From Candidatus Cloacimonadales bacterium (GTDB lineage: Bacteria > Cloacimonadota > Cloacimonadia > Cloacimonadales > JAFGVF01): a stretch of 64,000 nucleotides of DNA. Positions 10,486 to 20,070 of the stretch are shown here, in pieces (position 1 is the stretch's first letter; each line of letters begins with the position of its first letter). Location of the stretch: positions 896,001 through 960,000 of the forward strand of contig CAXXOU010000001.1 in assembly GCA_963677495.2 (NCBI GenBank), written 5' to 3'. The notes under the pieces were generated by a model that saw only the letters and a list, made by a program, of their open reading frames with translations, was not told the DNA's origin and ran no database searches. Position numbers and translations under genes: made by a program.

Positions 10486-12200
10486 TAAAGAAACTGGTTC
10501 TCTCCAACTTCATTCTTATTGATGAATTAGAGATAGATTTTCATGAAGGTTTCAATGTTATCACAGGTGAAACAGGTGCAGGTAAATCTATATTGATGGG
10601 TGCTATTGATCTTGTTCTTGGTAGTAAGCTGAAAGGGCAAGTTGCATACAATCAGCAAAAGCCTGTCTATATTCAAGCGGATTTTAGTATCGACAAAGAT
10701 TACATCGAATTGATGCAACTTATAGATGAGCTGGAACTGGATATATCGGAAGATGAACTTTTCTTTATAAAAAAGATAAATACACAAGGTAAAGCAACCA
10801 GCTACTTAAATGGAATTAGAGTTACAAATAGCACAGTCTCAAAGTTTAGAGAACTACTTATCGACTTCCATAGTCAGAATGATCAACAACAGCTTCTTAG
10901 GCAGGATTACCAGCTTGATATACTTGACTCTTATGCCAATCTAATACCTCTTAGAGAGAACTACAACAATGAACTTAAAAACCTTAAAGAGTTGGATGAG
11001 ACAATCGCATCCATGCAAGCAGAGGAACTTGAGCGCAGAGAGAAACTTGATCTCTACAAGTATCAGATAAACGAGCTTGAGAGTTTCGGATTGCGAGAAG
11101 GTGAAGACTCAGAGCTTGAAAGTGAGATTGAACTGCTTAGTCATGCTGAAGATATTATCAGATATAGCAGAGAGTTATATAGTGAACTCTATGAAGTTGA
11201 TAACTCTATTTATGATAGGCTTCAAACAATATCCGGTGGACTTAATGGTTTTAGAAGCGATAATGCACAGTTGGTTAATCTGCAGAAAACATTGAATGAA
11301 GCTTTGATAGTATTAGAAGAGCTGGCTACTGCTTCAGGAGAAGTACCAGAGTCCATTGATAATGATCCCGGTAAATTAGAAGAGATCTCTCTTAGATTAA
11401 ACTCAATCAATGAGTTAAAGAGTAAATATAAACTGAACTCAATAGAGCTAATTATAGATTATTACAATTCAATTCTTGCAGAAGTAAATCATGGAGAGGA
11501 TAGTAATAAGCAGATAGAAGTTTTATGTGAACAGAGAAAGTCTCAAATAGCTAAAGTTATAAAACTTGGTGATAAGCTCACGAAACAGAGGGCTAAATTC
11601 TCCACAAAACTATCTAATGAGCTTCAAGTAGAGATAAGAAAACTTGCTATGCCTGACAGTAGGTTTCAAATAATAATTGACAAAAAAGACAAATTACCAT
11701 CAACTAATTCTTCGGAAGTGAATGAATTTAAAAGGAATGGATTTGATGCAATCAACTTTTACTTCTCTTCCAATAAGGGGATAGCCACAAAGCTATTGAA
11801 GAATGCTGTATCCGGTGGTGAACTGTCACGCGTAATGCTTGCTGTTAAGAAGGTATTATCGGGATACTTAAGAAAACGTTTACTAATATTTGATGAGATT
11901 GATTCGGGTATTGGTGGTAAAACTGCTGACACCATTTCAGGAATTCTTTTAGAAATGAGTAAATATCATCAAATATTGTGTATAACTCATCTTCCCCAAA
12001 TAGCATCAGTAGGCGCTAATCATTTGCATATTAGCAAAGATTCGTCAGGTAAAAAGACTATGACAGTTATTCATACCCTTGAAGGGAAAAATAGAATAGA
12101 TGAGATTGCTAGAATGCTTTCTGGTATTGAAAGTTCAATAGCATATCAGCATGCAGAAGAATTATTAATAAGAAATAAATGGAGTCAAAATGGCAATTAG
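10482..12200 (+). CDS. recN: DNA repair protein RecN
   Basis: ITGETGAGKS, SGGELSR, IFDEIDSG, ITHLPQIA; conserved nadK-recN order. Confidence 0.96.
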   Translation: MIKKLVLSNFILIDELEIDFHEGFNVITGETGAGKSILMGAIDLVLGSKLKGQVAYNQQKPVYIQADFSIDKDYIELMQLIDELELDISEDELFFIKKINTQGKATSYLNGIRVTNSTVSKFRELLIDFHSQNDQQQLLRQDYQLDILDSYANLIPLRENYNNELKNLKELDETIASMQAEELERREKLDLYKYQINELESFGLREGEDSELESEIELLSHAEDIIRYSRELYSELYEVDNSIYDRLQTISGGLNGFRSDNAQLVNLQKTLNEALIVLEELATASGEVPESIDNDPGKLEEISLRLNSINELKSKYKLNSIELIIDYYNSILAEVNHGEDSNKQIEVLCEQRKSQIAKVIKLGDKLTKQRAKFSTKLSNELQVEIRKLAMPDSRFQIIIDKKDKLPSTNSSEVNEFKRNGFDAINFYFSSNKGIATKLLKNAVSGGELSRVMLAVKKVLSGYLRKRLLIFDEIDSGIGGKTADTISGILLEMSKYHQILCITHLPQIASVGANHLHISKDSSGKKTMTVIHTLEGKNRIDEIARMLSGIESSIAYQHAEELLIRNKWSQNGN

Positions 12201-13071
12201 TAGAAGAGTTAGTAGAAGTTTAGCTATCTTTATTGTAGGTATTTCAATAGTAATCGCATTCTATAGAAATCCGGAGAAACCGGTTCATAGAGTGAATACA
12301 TCAAAAGCAAAATCAGTTTATGAAGCAAACCTTTCTCAATATCATGAGTCAATCAAATATAAAGTTTTTATCGACAGTAGTTCGGTTGATTTTCCACGTC
12401 TTTCAGATGAATACACTATTCTTTTCCAGGAAGATAAAGGAGTTTATAAGAATTTTGTTATTGAATCACCAACTAATTCTACAAGTAACTTAAATAGTGT
12501 CCTCAAGGAACTTGGTGCACCCCAAGGGGAAGAGAGACAAGTTATTAACCCTATCCCTAAGAAAAGAGCTCAAACACTTCAAAGACTGAGAAAGAGATAT
12601 AAAGAGCATGAAGAAGCTAGAGCTAACTTCAAAGAGAAACTTGTTACCAGCCAGTATGGTCTGGATAAGTATAAATCTCTCGTAAAAGAGGAAGAAGTTA
12701 AGCTTGATAGTCTTCAAAAACGTATTGATGATCTTGACGAAGGTACCTACGATATCATTATGGTAACATTCCTTACAAGACCAGGTAAGAGTGTTGGCAC
12801 TAAGATTAGATTAACAAAAATGGCTATTGATACTGTTTTCCATATTGCTGCATTATCAATTCTACTAATTATTGGTTTCTATGGTGGAAAGTTACTCAAT
12901 ATATTCCTTGATTGGTTTGGTGTTGGCTCAAAAGTAAAAGGTTATAACTATCGTGGTTATAATGGTTACTATAGTAGATATGCCAGTAAACCAAACAAAG
13001 GAAAAAGGAAAGTAAAAAGGGTCTATAAAGACAAAGTGACATCAGACCCAAACAAAGATAAAGATAATTAA
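12190..13071 (+). CDS. Hypothetical membrane-anchored coiled-coil protein (architecture resembles DUF4349)
   Basis: N-terminal TM, central coiled coil, C-terminal TM and basic tail; overlaps the recN stop. Confidence 0.6.
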   Translation: MAISRRVSRSLAIFIVGISIVIAFYRNPEKPVHRVNTSKAKSVYEANLSQYHESIKYKVFIDSSSVDFPRLSDEYTILFQEDKGVYKNFVIESPTNSTSNLNSVLKELGAPQGEERQVINPIPKKRAQTLQRLRKRYKEHEEARANFKEKLVTSQYGLDKYKSLVKEEEVKLDSLQKRIDDLDEGTYDIIMVTFLTRPGKSVGTKIRLTKMAIDTVFHIAALSILLIIGFYGGKLLNIFLDWFGVGSKVKGYNYRGYNGYYSRYASKPNKGKRKVKRVYKDKVTSDPNKDKDN

Positions 13072-13094
13072 ACTTTAATCCGAGAGGAGGAGTT

Positions 13095-13544
13095 ATGAGT
13101 TTATCTCCATGGAATATCTGGATGATACTTGGTATTATCTGTGTTATTATTGAAATTCTTGATCCGGCTTTCTTCTTTTTAAGCCTTGGTATCGGTTGTC
13201 TGGCAACAGGATTATGTTCTCTGTTCCCATTCATCTATAATTCAATACCTTTCCAGATAGCACTGTTTGTTATCTTCAGTTTTATCTCATTCTTATTGAT
13301 GCGTAAGCTTGGTAAGAAAGTACTTGAGTCCTCAGGAGAAGAGACGAATGTCTTTGCTCTTAAGGGGAAAACAGGTATCGTTGTAACAGAGATTCAATCT
13401 GACAACAAAGGTTATGTAAAGATTGGTGGTGAGGAGTGGTCTGCTGTAAGTGATGATAACTCAAACATACCTTTAAACACAAAAGTTACCGTCGTTGATG
13501 TGTCTGGTAATAAACTTATAGTACATAAACAGGAGGCAAACTAA
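13095..13544 (+). CDS. NfeD family membrane protein
   Basis: TM helices plus GYVKIGGEEWSA OB-like C-terminus; upstream of SPFH gene. Confidence 0.9.
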   Translation: MSLSPWNIWMILGIICVIIEILDPAFFFLSLGIGCLATGLCSLFPFIYNSIPFQIALFVIFSFISFLLMRKLGKKVLESSGEETNVFALKGKTGIVVTEIQSDNKGYVKIGGEEWSAVSDDNSNIPLNTKVTVVDVSGNKLIVHKQEAN

Positions 13545-14479
13545 TGGAATTCTTTTTGATTATATTAGCAATATTAATCATACTTGTTATTGCAAAAGGT
13601 CTTATTATTGTTAGACAAGCGGAAGTTGTTGTAATTGAAAGGCTTGGGTCATATAATAAAACTTTTGCAAGTGGTTTACATTTAATTGTACCTATTTTTG
13701 ATAGACCAAGAGCAATTGCATGGAGATCAGTTACAACTGATTCAAGAGGTAGAACATTAATTCATCAAAAGACGGTTTCAAGGATAGATCTTCGTGAAAC
13801 TGTATATGATTTTCCTCGTCAAAATGTGATTACTAAAGACAATGTTACAATTAACATTAATGCTCTTTTATACTTCCAGGTTACTGATCCTTATAAAGCT
13901 GTTTATGAGATAAGAAACCTTCCTCATGCAATTGAAAAGCTTACTCAAACTACTCTTCGTAATGTGATTGGTGAACTTGAGCTGGATGCAACTCTCTCTT
14001 CAAGAGATACTATAAACTCTAAGCTCAGAGACATTCTTGATGAAGCAACTGACAAATGGGGTGTTAAGGTTAACCGTGTTGAGCTTCAGGACATTGATCC
14101 ACCTGAGGAGATTAAGCAGGCAATGGAAAAACAGATGCGTGCTGAGCGTGATAAACGTGCTAAAATCCTTGAAGCTGAAGGTGAAAGAGAGTATAAGACA
14201 AGAACTGCAGAAGGTATCAAGCAAGCTGCTATCAGAGAAGCAGAAGGTAAAGCTCAAGCTAAGATCCTTGTTGCTGAAGCTGAAAAGAAAGGTATCGAAC
14301 TTATTGAAACTGCTCTGAAGAACTCAAAGCTTGATCCTGCTCATTATCAGCTAATGCAGAAGTATATTACAGCATTTAATGATATCGTTCAACAAGGTGA
14401 TAAAACTGTTGTCGTACCTTACGAATCATCTGCATTAATGGGTTCAATGAAGACTCTTAAAGAGTTGTTTGATAAATAA
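13544..14479 (+). CDS. SPFH/band 7 (QmcA/stomatin-like) protein
   Basis: VIERLG, QNVITKDN, TTLRNVIG, WGVKVNRVE, QMRAER. Confidence 0.93.
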   Translation: MEFFLIILAILIILVIAKGLIIVRQAEVVVIERLGSYNKTFASGLHLIVPIFDRPRAIAWRSVTTDSRGRTLIHQKTVSRIDLRETVYDFPRQNVITKDNVTININALLYFQVTDPYKAVYEIRNLPHAIEKLTQTTLRNVIGELELDATLSSRDTINSKLRDILDEATDKWGVKVNRVELQDIDPPEEIKQAMEKQMRAERDKRAKILEAEGEREYKTRTAEGIKQAAIREAEGKAQAKILVAEAEKKGIELIETALKNSKLDPAHYQLMQKYITAFNDIVQQGDKTVVVPYESSALMGSMKTLKELFDK

Positions 14480-14501
14480 AAACATTAGAATATTATATAG
14501 T

Positions 14502-14531
14502 AGGCTACTGATTCAATCAGTAGCCTTTTTT
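14502..14531 (+). terminator. Rho-independent terminator
   Basis: aggctactga-ttcaa-tcagtagcct followed by T-run. Confidence 0.85.
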
Positions 14532-14534
14532 CAT

Positions 14535-15242
14535 GAGTAACGAAATCCACCTGCTCTGCAGGTGGTTCCAAAAAGCTTTAGCTATACACAAAAATTCCTC
14601 CAACGTAACTTTGTAGTGTCAGCTGCAAAATAAACAAAGGAGGAATTATGGATAATAGTACATTATCACACACCACATGGAATTGTAAGTACCACATAGT
14701 CTTTGCACCCAAGTATCGACGTCAGGTAATTTATCGTAAACTAAAAAAAGATATTGGTGAAATACTGCGAGTATTGTGTGAACGCAAAAAGATAGAAATC
14801 ATAGAGACAGAGGCTTGCCCAGATCACATTCACATGTTGATAAAAATACCACCGAAGTATAGAGTTTCATCAATAATGGGATATCTTAAGGGTAAGAGTA
14901 GCCTGATGATATTTGACCGACATGCTCAGCTGAAATACAAGTATGGACAACGTCGATTTTGGTGTCGAGGCTACTTTGTCGATACAGTTGGCAAGAATGA
15001 AAAGCGAATAGCGAATTATGTCAGGTCACAACTCCAAGAAGATGTACTCTCAGATCAGATGACAATCAAAGAGTTTATTGACCCGTTTACGGGTAAGAAA
15101 GAAAACTAAGGTATTAAACTAACCCCTTTAGGGGTAGCCAGAAATAGTTGTGCAGCTGACATTTTTTCAGTGTGCGAGAGCTTGGTCAGTGTCCGCCCTT
15201 ATAGGGCGAGTCCAAACCACCAGCTGAGCTGGTGGTCATGAT
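14535..15242 (+). mobile_element. IS200/IS605 family element (IS200-type, tnpA only)
   Basis: Subterminal hairpins ccacctgc-tct-gcaggtgg (left) and accaccagc-tga-gctggtggt (right); inserted right after a terminator T-run; ends approximate. Confidence 0.85.
14648..15109 (+). CDS. tnpA: IS200/IS605 Y1 (HUH) transposase
   Basis: KYHIVFAPKYRR, PDHIHML (HUH), GYLKGKSS, FWCRGYFVDTVG, catalytic Tyr in IANYV. Confidence 0.96.
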   Translation: MDNSTLSHTTWNCKYHIVFAPKYRRQVIYRKLKKDIGEILRVLCERKKIEIIETEACPDHIHMLIKIPPKYRVSSIMGYLKGKSSLMIFDRHAQLKYKYGQRRFWCRGYFVDTVGKNEKRIANYVRSQLQEDVLSDQMTIKEFIDPFTGKKEN

Positions 15243-15256
15243 TTTCTATAAAACAC

Positions 15257-15311
15257 GTAGGACACGCTGCCAGCTTGTCCGCTTAGCGCAGCTAAGCTCA
15301 TCCACTGACGT
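15257..15311. repeat. GTAG-type REP module A 'gtaggacacgctgccagcttgtccgcttagcgcagctaagctcatccactgacgt'; copies at 16156 and 28729
   Basis: Near-identical copies starting with GTAG followed by a hairpin. Confidence 0.85.
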
Positions 15312-15356
15312 CAAATGGCAATAATTGCTTAAGTCCTGAGAGTTGCAGTACAATCG

Positions 15357-15400
15357 TAGTGCAAGTGTCCTCACTTGCACATAGCTCGAAAGAGCTATAT
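15357..15400. repeat. GTAG-type REP 'gtagtgcaagtgtcctcacttgcac...'; inverted copies at about 22893-22937, 32517-32557 and partial at 48050
   Basis: Visual alignment with reverse complements ending in 'gcactac'. Confidence 0.8.
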
Positions 15401-15465
15401 CCGGGAAGCCAATCGTGTTCAGAAACTAGTATTGACCCGAATGATCATAGATAAAGTTCTAAGTT

Positions 15466-15546
15466 TAAATGGGCTTAATATAAATAGCTCCGGGTTTTAT
15501 GAACCCTGGGGCAAGTACTCCCTAAAGCATTAGAATCCTGAAGGGG
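15466..15546. repeat. Repeat family C 'ccctaaatgggctaaatatgaatagccccgggttttatgaacccgggg...agaaccctgaaggggttcaac'; copies at 29098-29197 and 32614-32706
   Basis: Three copies, each with three short hairpins. Confidence 0.85.
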
Positions 15547-15744
15547 ACTAGATAAAGCATTTAACATCACTCCCCAGAAACCCTACTTTCAAGTAGGGGC
15601 AGAAATCCAAATGAATACAAGAAAGCCCCTCCCTCCCGATTCACTGAATCTGGAGGGAGGGGCTTAAGAAAGTTTATGTTAGAGCATTTAGCCACCAGAT
15701 AAATCTGGTGGTTCTGGGAAGCATTTGCATATCAGTTTTCACAG

Positions 15745-15925
15745 CTATTTCGCTCTCACTCCTCTGCTATAATTACTATTCATTAGATATTTCATTCTTA
15801 TCAAATTCGAGTCTAAAACCTGTTAAAGAATAACTACATTTCAACAGCGATTCAACAGGTGTCTCATTCGAGATGGATAATAATTGTAGTAGAGCTGTGA
15901 CAGTTACATGAGGTTGAGATGCCAT
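15745..15925. repeat. ~180-bp diverged non-coding repeat; second copy 29281-29461
   Basis: Both start 'ctatttcgctctcactcctctgc', share 'tcaaattcgagt..aaaacctgttaaagaataactacattt' and end 'gttgagatgccat'. Confidence 0.85.
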
Positions 15926-16155
15926 ATATATAAACTGAGTAATTTGTGGGTATTTACCCATATCTCCCCCTCTATGCACTTGAATAATTGTTAGGGATAA
16001 CCTAGGGGTATCTTAGGCAAATGCCAAAGTTTTCTGTAACAGAATCGAAAGTTTATCGAAGCTTTTCCGAATAAATTATTCGGGAGCATAGTGAGAGAGC
16101 ATCATGAGGAAAGCTTGTTTTCAAGCAATTATCTCAGATATATGTACGTCGAAAA

Positions 16156-16473
16156 GTAGGACACGCTGCCAGCTTGTCCGCTTAGCGCAGCTAAGCTCAT
16201 CCACTGACGTTAATTAGTATAAATTACAAAGCTCTTTAGTAGTTATAATCAGGTTCTGCATTGGTGAATCCAGCTCTAAAGGAGCGATTGTTTAATAGCC
16301 CCATGCGACTTGACGCTTGGGGTTAAAGATCTCGGACATTTTTTAGCCCTGAAGGGCGTAAGAGTTCAAACGTATGAATCTATCACCCCTATAGGGCTAC
16401 AATCTTCGTTGATTACATTACCACATGCCAAAGCATGTGGCTATTGAACAGACGCCTCTTCAAGGCTAAAAGA
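16156..16473. repeat. ~320-bp composite (module A + REPIN-like family B), duplicated at 28729-29052; family B also at 29947-30129/32490-32512 and 47845-48022
   Basis: Collinear similarity along whole length; family B is an inverted doublet (gccctgaagggg...cccctatagggc) with nested hairpins. Confidence 0.9.
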
Positions 16474-16639
16474 CGCTATTGGTAGAATGATGGTGGTCAA
16501 ATAACTAATTCGTTATTTGAAATTATGAATTAGGAATTACTTATTAGAAATTGGAAATCTTCACCTTGAACTACACCGATTAAGGGTGATCGGTTTACAG
16601 TATATACTAAAAGTGTATAAAGTATTAGCAGTATAAACT

Positions 16640-16675
16640 AAAACGAAGGCTATTGTTTGAACAATAGCCTTCGTT
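16640..16675 (-). terminator. Rho-independent terminator of the nrdD-nrdG-orf operon
   Basis: aacgaaggctattgtt-tg-aacaatagccttcgtt perfect stem just beyond the stop at 16687. Confidence 0.75.
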
Positions 16676-16686
16676 ATGACAAGGAT

Positions 16687-17151
16687 CTATTTCTGTTTAT
16701 ATAGAAATAGCGCTCCCTCCTCATCGCCTGAATTAACAGTTGTGAAGAACTTCTCATCCATCTCTATTTCAAAATCTTCTGAATTTGCATACTGAGCAGT
16801 AACAGTTACAGTACCGTCATCTTTAATCTTCACTTTCGCATAGTTGTAGATATATCCACCATAATTGATAAGTTTGCTTTCTGAGAACACTAAGAATGCA
16901 TTTGGATTGCCAATAGACATTGGTGCGAAATATTCCCATACTCCAATACTCATTCCACCAGTAGCATTTGGGGCAGTTTTTTCTTCATTGTTTGATATGA
17001 GTTTGCAGTCACCATAATTGATAACGACTCTGATGTTTTCTCCCTTTTTAAGGTCTTCCATTAAGCCTTCAAATGATGTAACCTGAACAGTCTTAGCAAA
17101 ACTTAACAGTGTTAACATGGTGAGCATAGTAATAAGTACAACTTTTTTCAT
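16687..17151 (-). CDS. Secreted protein, probable VirK family
   Basis: Signal peptide; pattern L..GE.IRVVINYGDC...ATGGMSI resembles VirK (PF06903). Confidence 0.6.
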   Translation of the reverse strand: MKKVVLITMLTMLTLLSFAKTVQVTSFEGLMEDLKKGENIRVVINYGDCKLISNNEEKTAPNATGGMSIGVWEYFAPMSIGNPNAFLVFSESKLINYGGYIYNYAKVKIKDDGTVTVTAQYANSEDFEIEMDEKFFTTVNSGDEEGALFLYKQK

Positions 17152-17161
17152 GATTTCTCCT

Positions 17162-17851
17162 TTATCTAACGGTTATTTTGATTCCTTTAGAAATGGCATA
17201 GTCCCTGATTCTATCGATAGTTAAAGAATCCAAGCCACTTCTATTCACGTATGATGGGTTCAGTGTTTTCTGAGACTGAAATTGTTGCAAGCAATATCTC
17301 TCACCGGAAGATAATAAATCTAAACATGCCATCAAATTCTCTTGATTGTGCAGGTCGGAAACGACAGTCGTTCTGAACTCATAATCCTTCACATGCTTTC
17401 TGATTATATCCATGCTTTCAAGCATCTCATCGTAAAATGAAAAACCACCGGTTGCTTCGGAATATATATCCTTGCTGCCTTTCAAATCCATCGCTACGTA
17501 ATCAATAATGCCTAAAGAGAGGATTTTCTCAAGAAAGATGGGTTTAGTTCCATTTGTATCGAGTTTAATTAAAAATCCGAGCTTTTTGGTCTTTTCAATA
17601 ACATCAACAAGCTCATTATGTATAAGTGGTTCACCACCTGTAAATGTTACTGCATCCAGCTTACCGATTCTTGTTTCAAGGAAAGTGAAAAGCTCAGCAT
17701 TTGGAAGTACATTCTCAAATTGTTCCGGTAGCACGAGAGAGGGATTGTGACAAAAGGGGCATCGCAGGTTACAACCACGCGTAAACACTACAGCAGAGAG
17801 TTTATCAGGGTAATCAATCATTGAGAACTTGTGGATATATGAGATAAACAT
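17162..17851 (-). CDS. nrdG: Anaerobic ribonucleoside-triphosphate reductase activating enzyme (radical SAM)
   Basis: SMIDYPDKLSAVVFTRGCNLRCPFCHN, TGGEP, LDTNG, YEFRTT; adjacent to nrdD. Confidence 0.93.
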   Translation of the reverse strand: MFISYIHKFSMIDYPDKLSAVVFTRGCNLRCPFCHNPSLVLPEQFENVLPNAELFTFLETRIGKLDAVTFTGGEPLIHNELVDVIEKTKKLGFLIKLDTNGTKPIFLEKILSLGIIDYVAMDLKGSKDIYSEATGGFSFYDEMLESMDIIRKHVKDYEFRTTVVSDLHNQENLMACLDLLSSGERYCLQQFQSQKTLNPSYVNRSGLDSLTIDRIRDYAISKGIKITVR

Positions 17852-17858
17852 AAAAGAG

Positions 17859-17886
17859 AAAAGGGAGCTTTAAAAAAAGCTCCCTA
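17859..17886 (-). terminator. Terminator-like hairpin between nrdD and nrdG
   Basis: Minus strand agggagcttt-...-aaagctccct-tttt. Confidence 0.6.
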
Positions 17887-17901
17887 TCCTAAAATAACAA
17901 C

Positions 17902-20070
17902 TTAATTTGAGCCTACAGCTTCAACAAAGCTTGTAGTAGGTTTAACATTTTCTTTCGGTTCATCAAGCATGGAACCGGCTTTTACTACAGGAGAATCTTT
18001 AAACTCAAAAGTCTTACGAAGGTCAAACTCAGCTTGTTTTCCACCATTCCACTGTGCAACAGGTCTTAAGTAACCAACAACACGAGAATATACTTCACAA
18101 ACATTTTCGCATTTAGGGCAGGTGTTATGTTCTCCATTGATATAACCATGTTCCGGGCAAACACTGAAGGTTGGAGAGAATGTGAAGTATGGAAGCTTAT
18201 AGTTAGAACAAATCTTTTTAACCAAGTTTTTCATAGTTTCAATATTATTAATTCGCTCACCGGCAAATACATGGAGAGTTGTCCCTCCAGTGTATTTTGA
18301 TTGTAGCTCATCTTGGAGGTCTAAAACTTCAAACACATCATTAGAGAAGTCGACCGGTAGTTGAGTTGAGTTTGTATAGAAAGGCTCTGCACCTTCATTT
18401 GCAACTTGAATATCAGGATAATTTGCTCTATCGAGACGTGCTAATCTATAGGTTGTTCCCTCTGCAGGAGTAGCTTCGAGGTTGTAGTTATTACCAGTTT
18501 CCTCCTGGATGTTTACAAGTCTATCTCTAAGGTAATCCATAACTTTGTTTGCAAAATTGTTACCTTCGTCTGAAGCAATATCACATGAGAGGAAGTTCTT
18601 ACAAGACTCGTTCATACCGATAATACCGATAGTAGAGAAGTGATTCTTCCAGAACTTATTGAATCTTTCTTTAACGTTCTTAAGATAGAATTTAGTATAT
18701 GGATAGAGACCACTATCTGTGAATGTTTCAAGTACCTTACGTTTTATTTCAAGGCTTGATTTAGCCATAACGATAAGTTTATCGAGTCTTTCAAAATAGT
18801 CCTTTTCATCCACAGCAAGATAACCGATTCTTGGAAGGTTGATAGTTACAACACCGATTGAACCAGTGAGAGGATTTGCACCGAAAAGTCCACCACCACG
18901 AGCTTCAAGTTTAGAAGTATCCAATCTAAGTCTGCAACACATAGATCTGGAATCATCAGGACTCAAGCTGGAGTTAATGAAGTTCGAGAAGGAAGGGATA
19001 CCATACTTGGCTGTTGCTTCCCAAAGTGGGTTAAGATTCTCATCATCCCAATTAAAGTCTTTTGTAATGTTGTAAGTTGGGACAGGGAATGTGAAAACGC
19101 GTCCTAAGGCATCACCTTCAACCATCACTTCGAGGAAGGCTTTGTTAAGCATATTCATCTCTTCCTGATAGTCGGAATATACCGTATTCTGCGGTACACC
19201 ACCAATAACAACTGATTGATTAGCATAAGCTTTTGGTGGGATTAAATCCATCGTTATATTAGTAAAAGGAGTTTGGAATCCAACTCTTGTTGGTACGTTT
19301 ATATTGAAAAGAAACTCCTGTATTGCCTGTTTAACTTCAGGATAAGAAAGGTTGTCTTCTCTAATAAAAGGGGCGAGAAGTGTATCGAAACTTGAGAATG
19401 CTTGAGCTCCGGCAGCTTCCCCTTGAAGTGTGTAGAAGAAGTTAATTATCTGTCCCAATGCTGATCTAAAATGCTTAGCAGGTCCACTTTCAACTTTACC
19501 CTTAGCACCTTTAAAACCCTGAACAAGCAGGTCCATAAGATCCCAACCAACACAGTATACTGAAATTAGACCTAAATCATGTATATGAAGGTCACCTTCA
19601 GCATGAGCATTTTTAATCTCAGGAGGATAGATTTTATTTAACCAGTACGTCTTACTCACTTCAGAAGCAATATAGTTGTTCAATCCTTGTAATGAATAAG
19701 CCATATTACTGTTCTCATTTACTTGCCAATCAAGCTTTTCAAGGTATTGATCAATTAAATTAACATTAGAAGTTGAGATAATCTCTCTAATCTTAGCGTG
19801 TTGGTCACGATAGATAATATAAGCTTTCGCTGTTTTCTTGTATGGAGATGATAAGAGTATCTCTTCAACCACATCCTGTAACTCTTCCACAGCAATAATA
19901 CTTTTGTTGTATAACTGTTGTGAGAGATTTACAACTTTCATTGTTAACTTAACTGCTTCTTTCATTCCAAATTCTGCTGTAGCCTCTCCGGCTTTAGCAA
20001 GAGCTTCAGTAATCTTGTTACTGTCAAATCTGGCTATTAACCCATTCCTTTTACGAACTGCCTCGAACAT
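17902..20070 (-). CDS. nrdD: Class III anaerobic ribonucleoside-triphosphate reductase
   Basis: N-terminal ATP cone (VRKRNG), SMCCRL, EATPAEG, CxxH...CxxC, YSRVVGYLRP glycyl-radical loop. Confidence 0.96.
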   Translation of the reverse strand: MFEAVRKRNGLIARFDSNKITEALAKAGEATAEFGMKEAVKLTMKVVNLSQQLYNKSIIAVEELQDVVEEILLSSPYKKTAKAYIIYRDQHAKIREIISTSNVNLIDQYLEKLDWQVNENSNMAYSLQGLNNYIASEVSKTYWLNKIYPPEIKNAHAEGDLHIHDLGLISVYCVGWDLMDLLVQGFKGAKGKVESGPAKHFRSALGQIINFFYTLQGEAAGAQAFSSFDTLLAPFIREDNLSYPEVKQAIQEFLFNINVPTRVGFQTPFTNITMDLIPPKAYANQSVVIGGVPQNTVYSDYQEEMNMLNKAFLEVMVEGDALGRVFTFPVPTYNITKDFNWDDENLNPLWEATAKYGIPSFSNFINSSLSPDDSRSMCCRLRLDTSKLEARGGGLFGANPLTGSIGVVTINLPRIGYLAVDEKDYFERLDKLIVMAKSSLEIKRKVLETFTDSGLYPYTKFYLKNVKERFNKFWKNHFSTIGIIGMNESCKNFLSCDIASDEGNNFANKVMDYLRDRLVNIQEETGNNYNLEATPAEGTTYRLARLDRANYPDIQVANEGAEPFYTNSTQLPVDFSNDVFEVLDLQDELQSKYTGGTTLHVFAGERINNIETMKNLVKKICSNYKLPYFTFSPTFSVCPEHGYINGEHNTCPKCENVCEVYSRVVGYLRPVAQWNGGKQAEFDLRKTFEFKDSPVVKAGSMLDEPKENVKPTTSFVEAVGSN

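Noticed and set aside
14648..15109. RAYT responsible for the REP families
   Set aside because: Sequence and own terminal hairpins match canonical IS200 TnpA; it is not flanked on both sides by any of the REP families
15776..15979. 67-aa minus-strand ORF
   Set aside because: Lies in a repeat whose second copy has an in-frame stop; no recognisable motif
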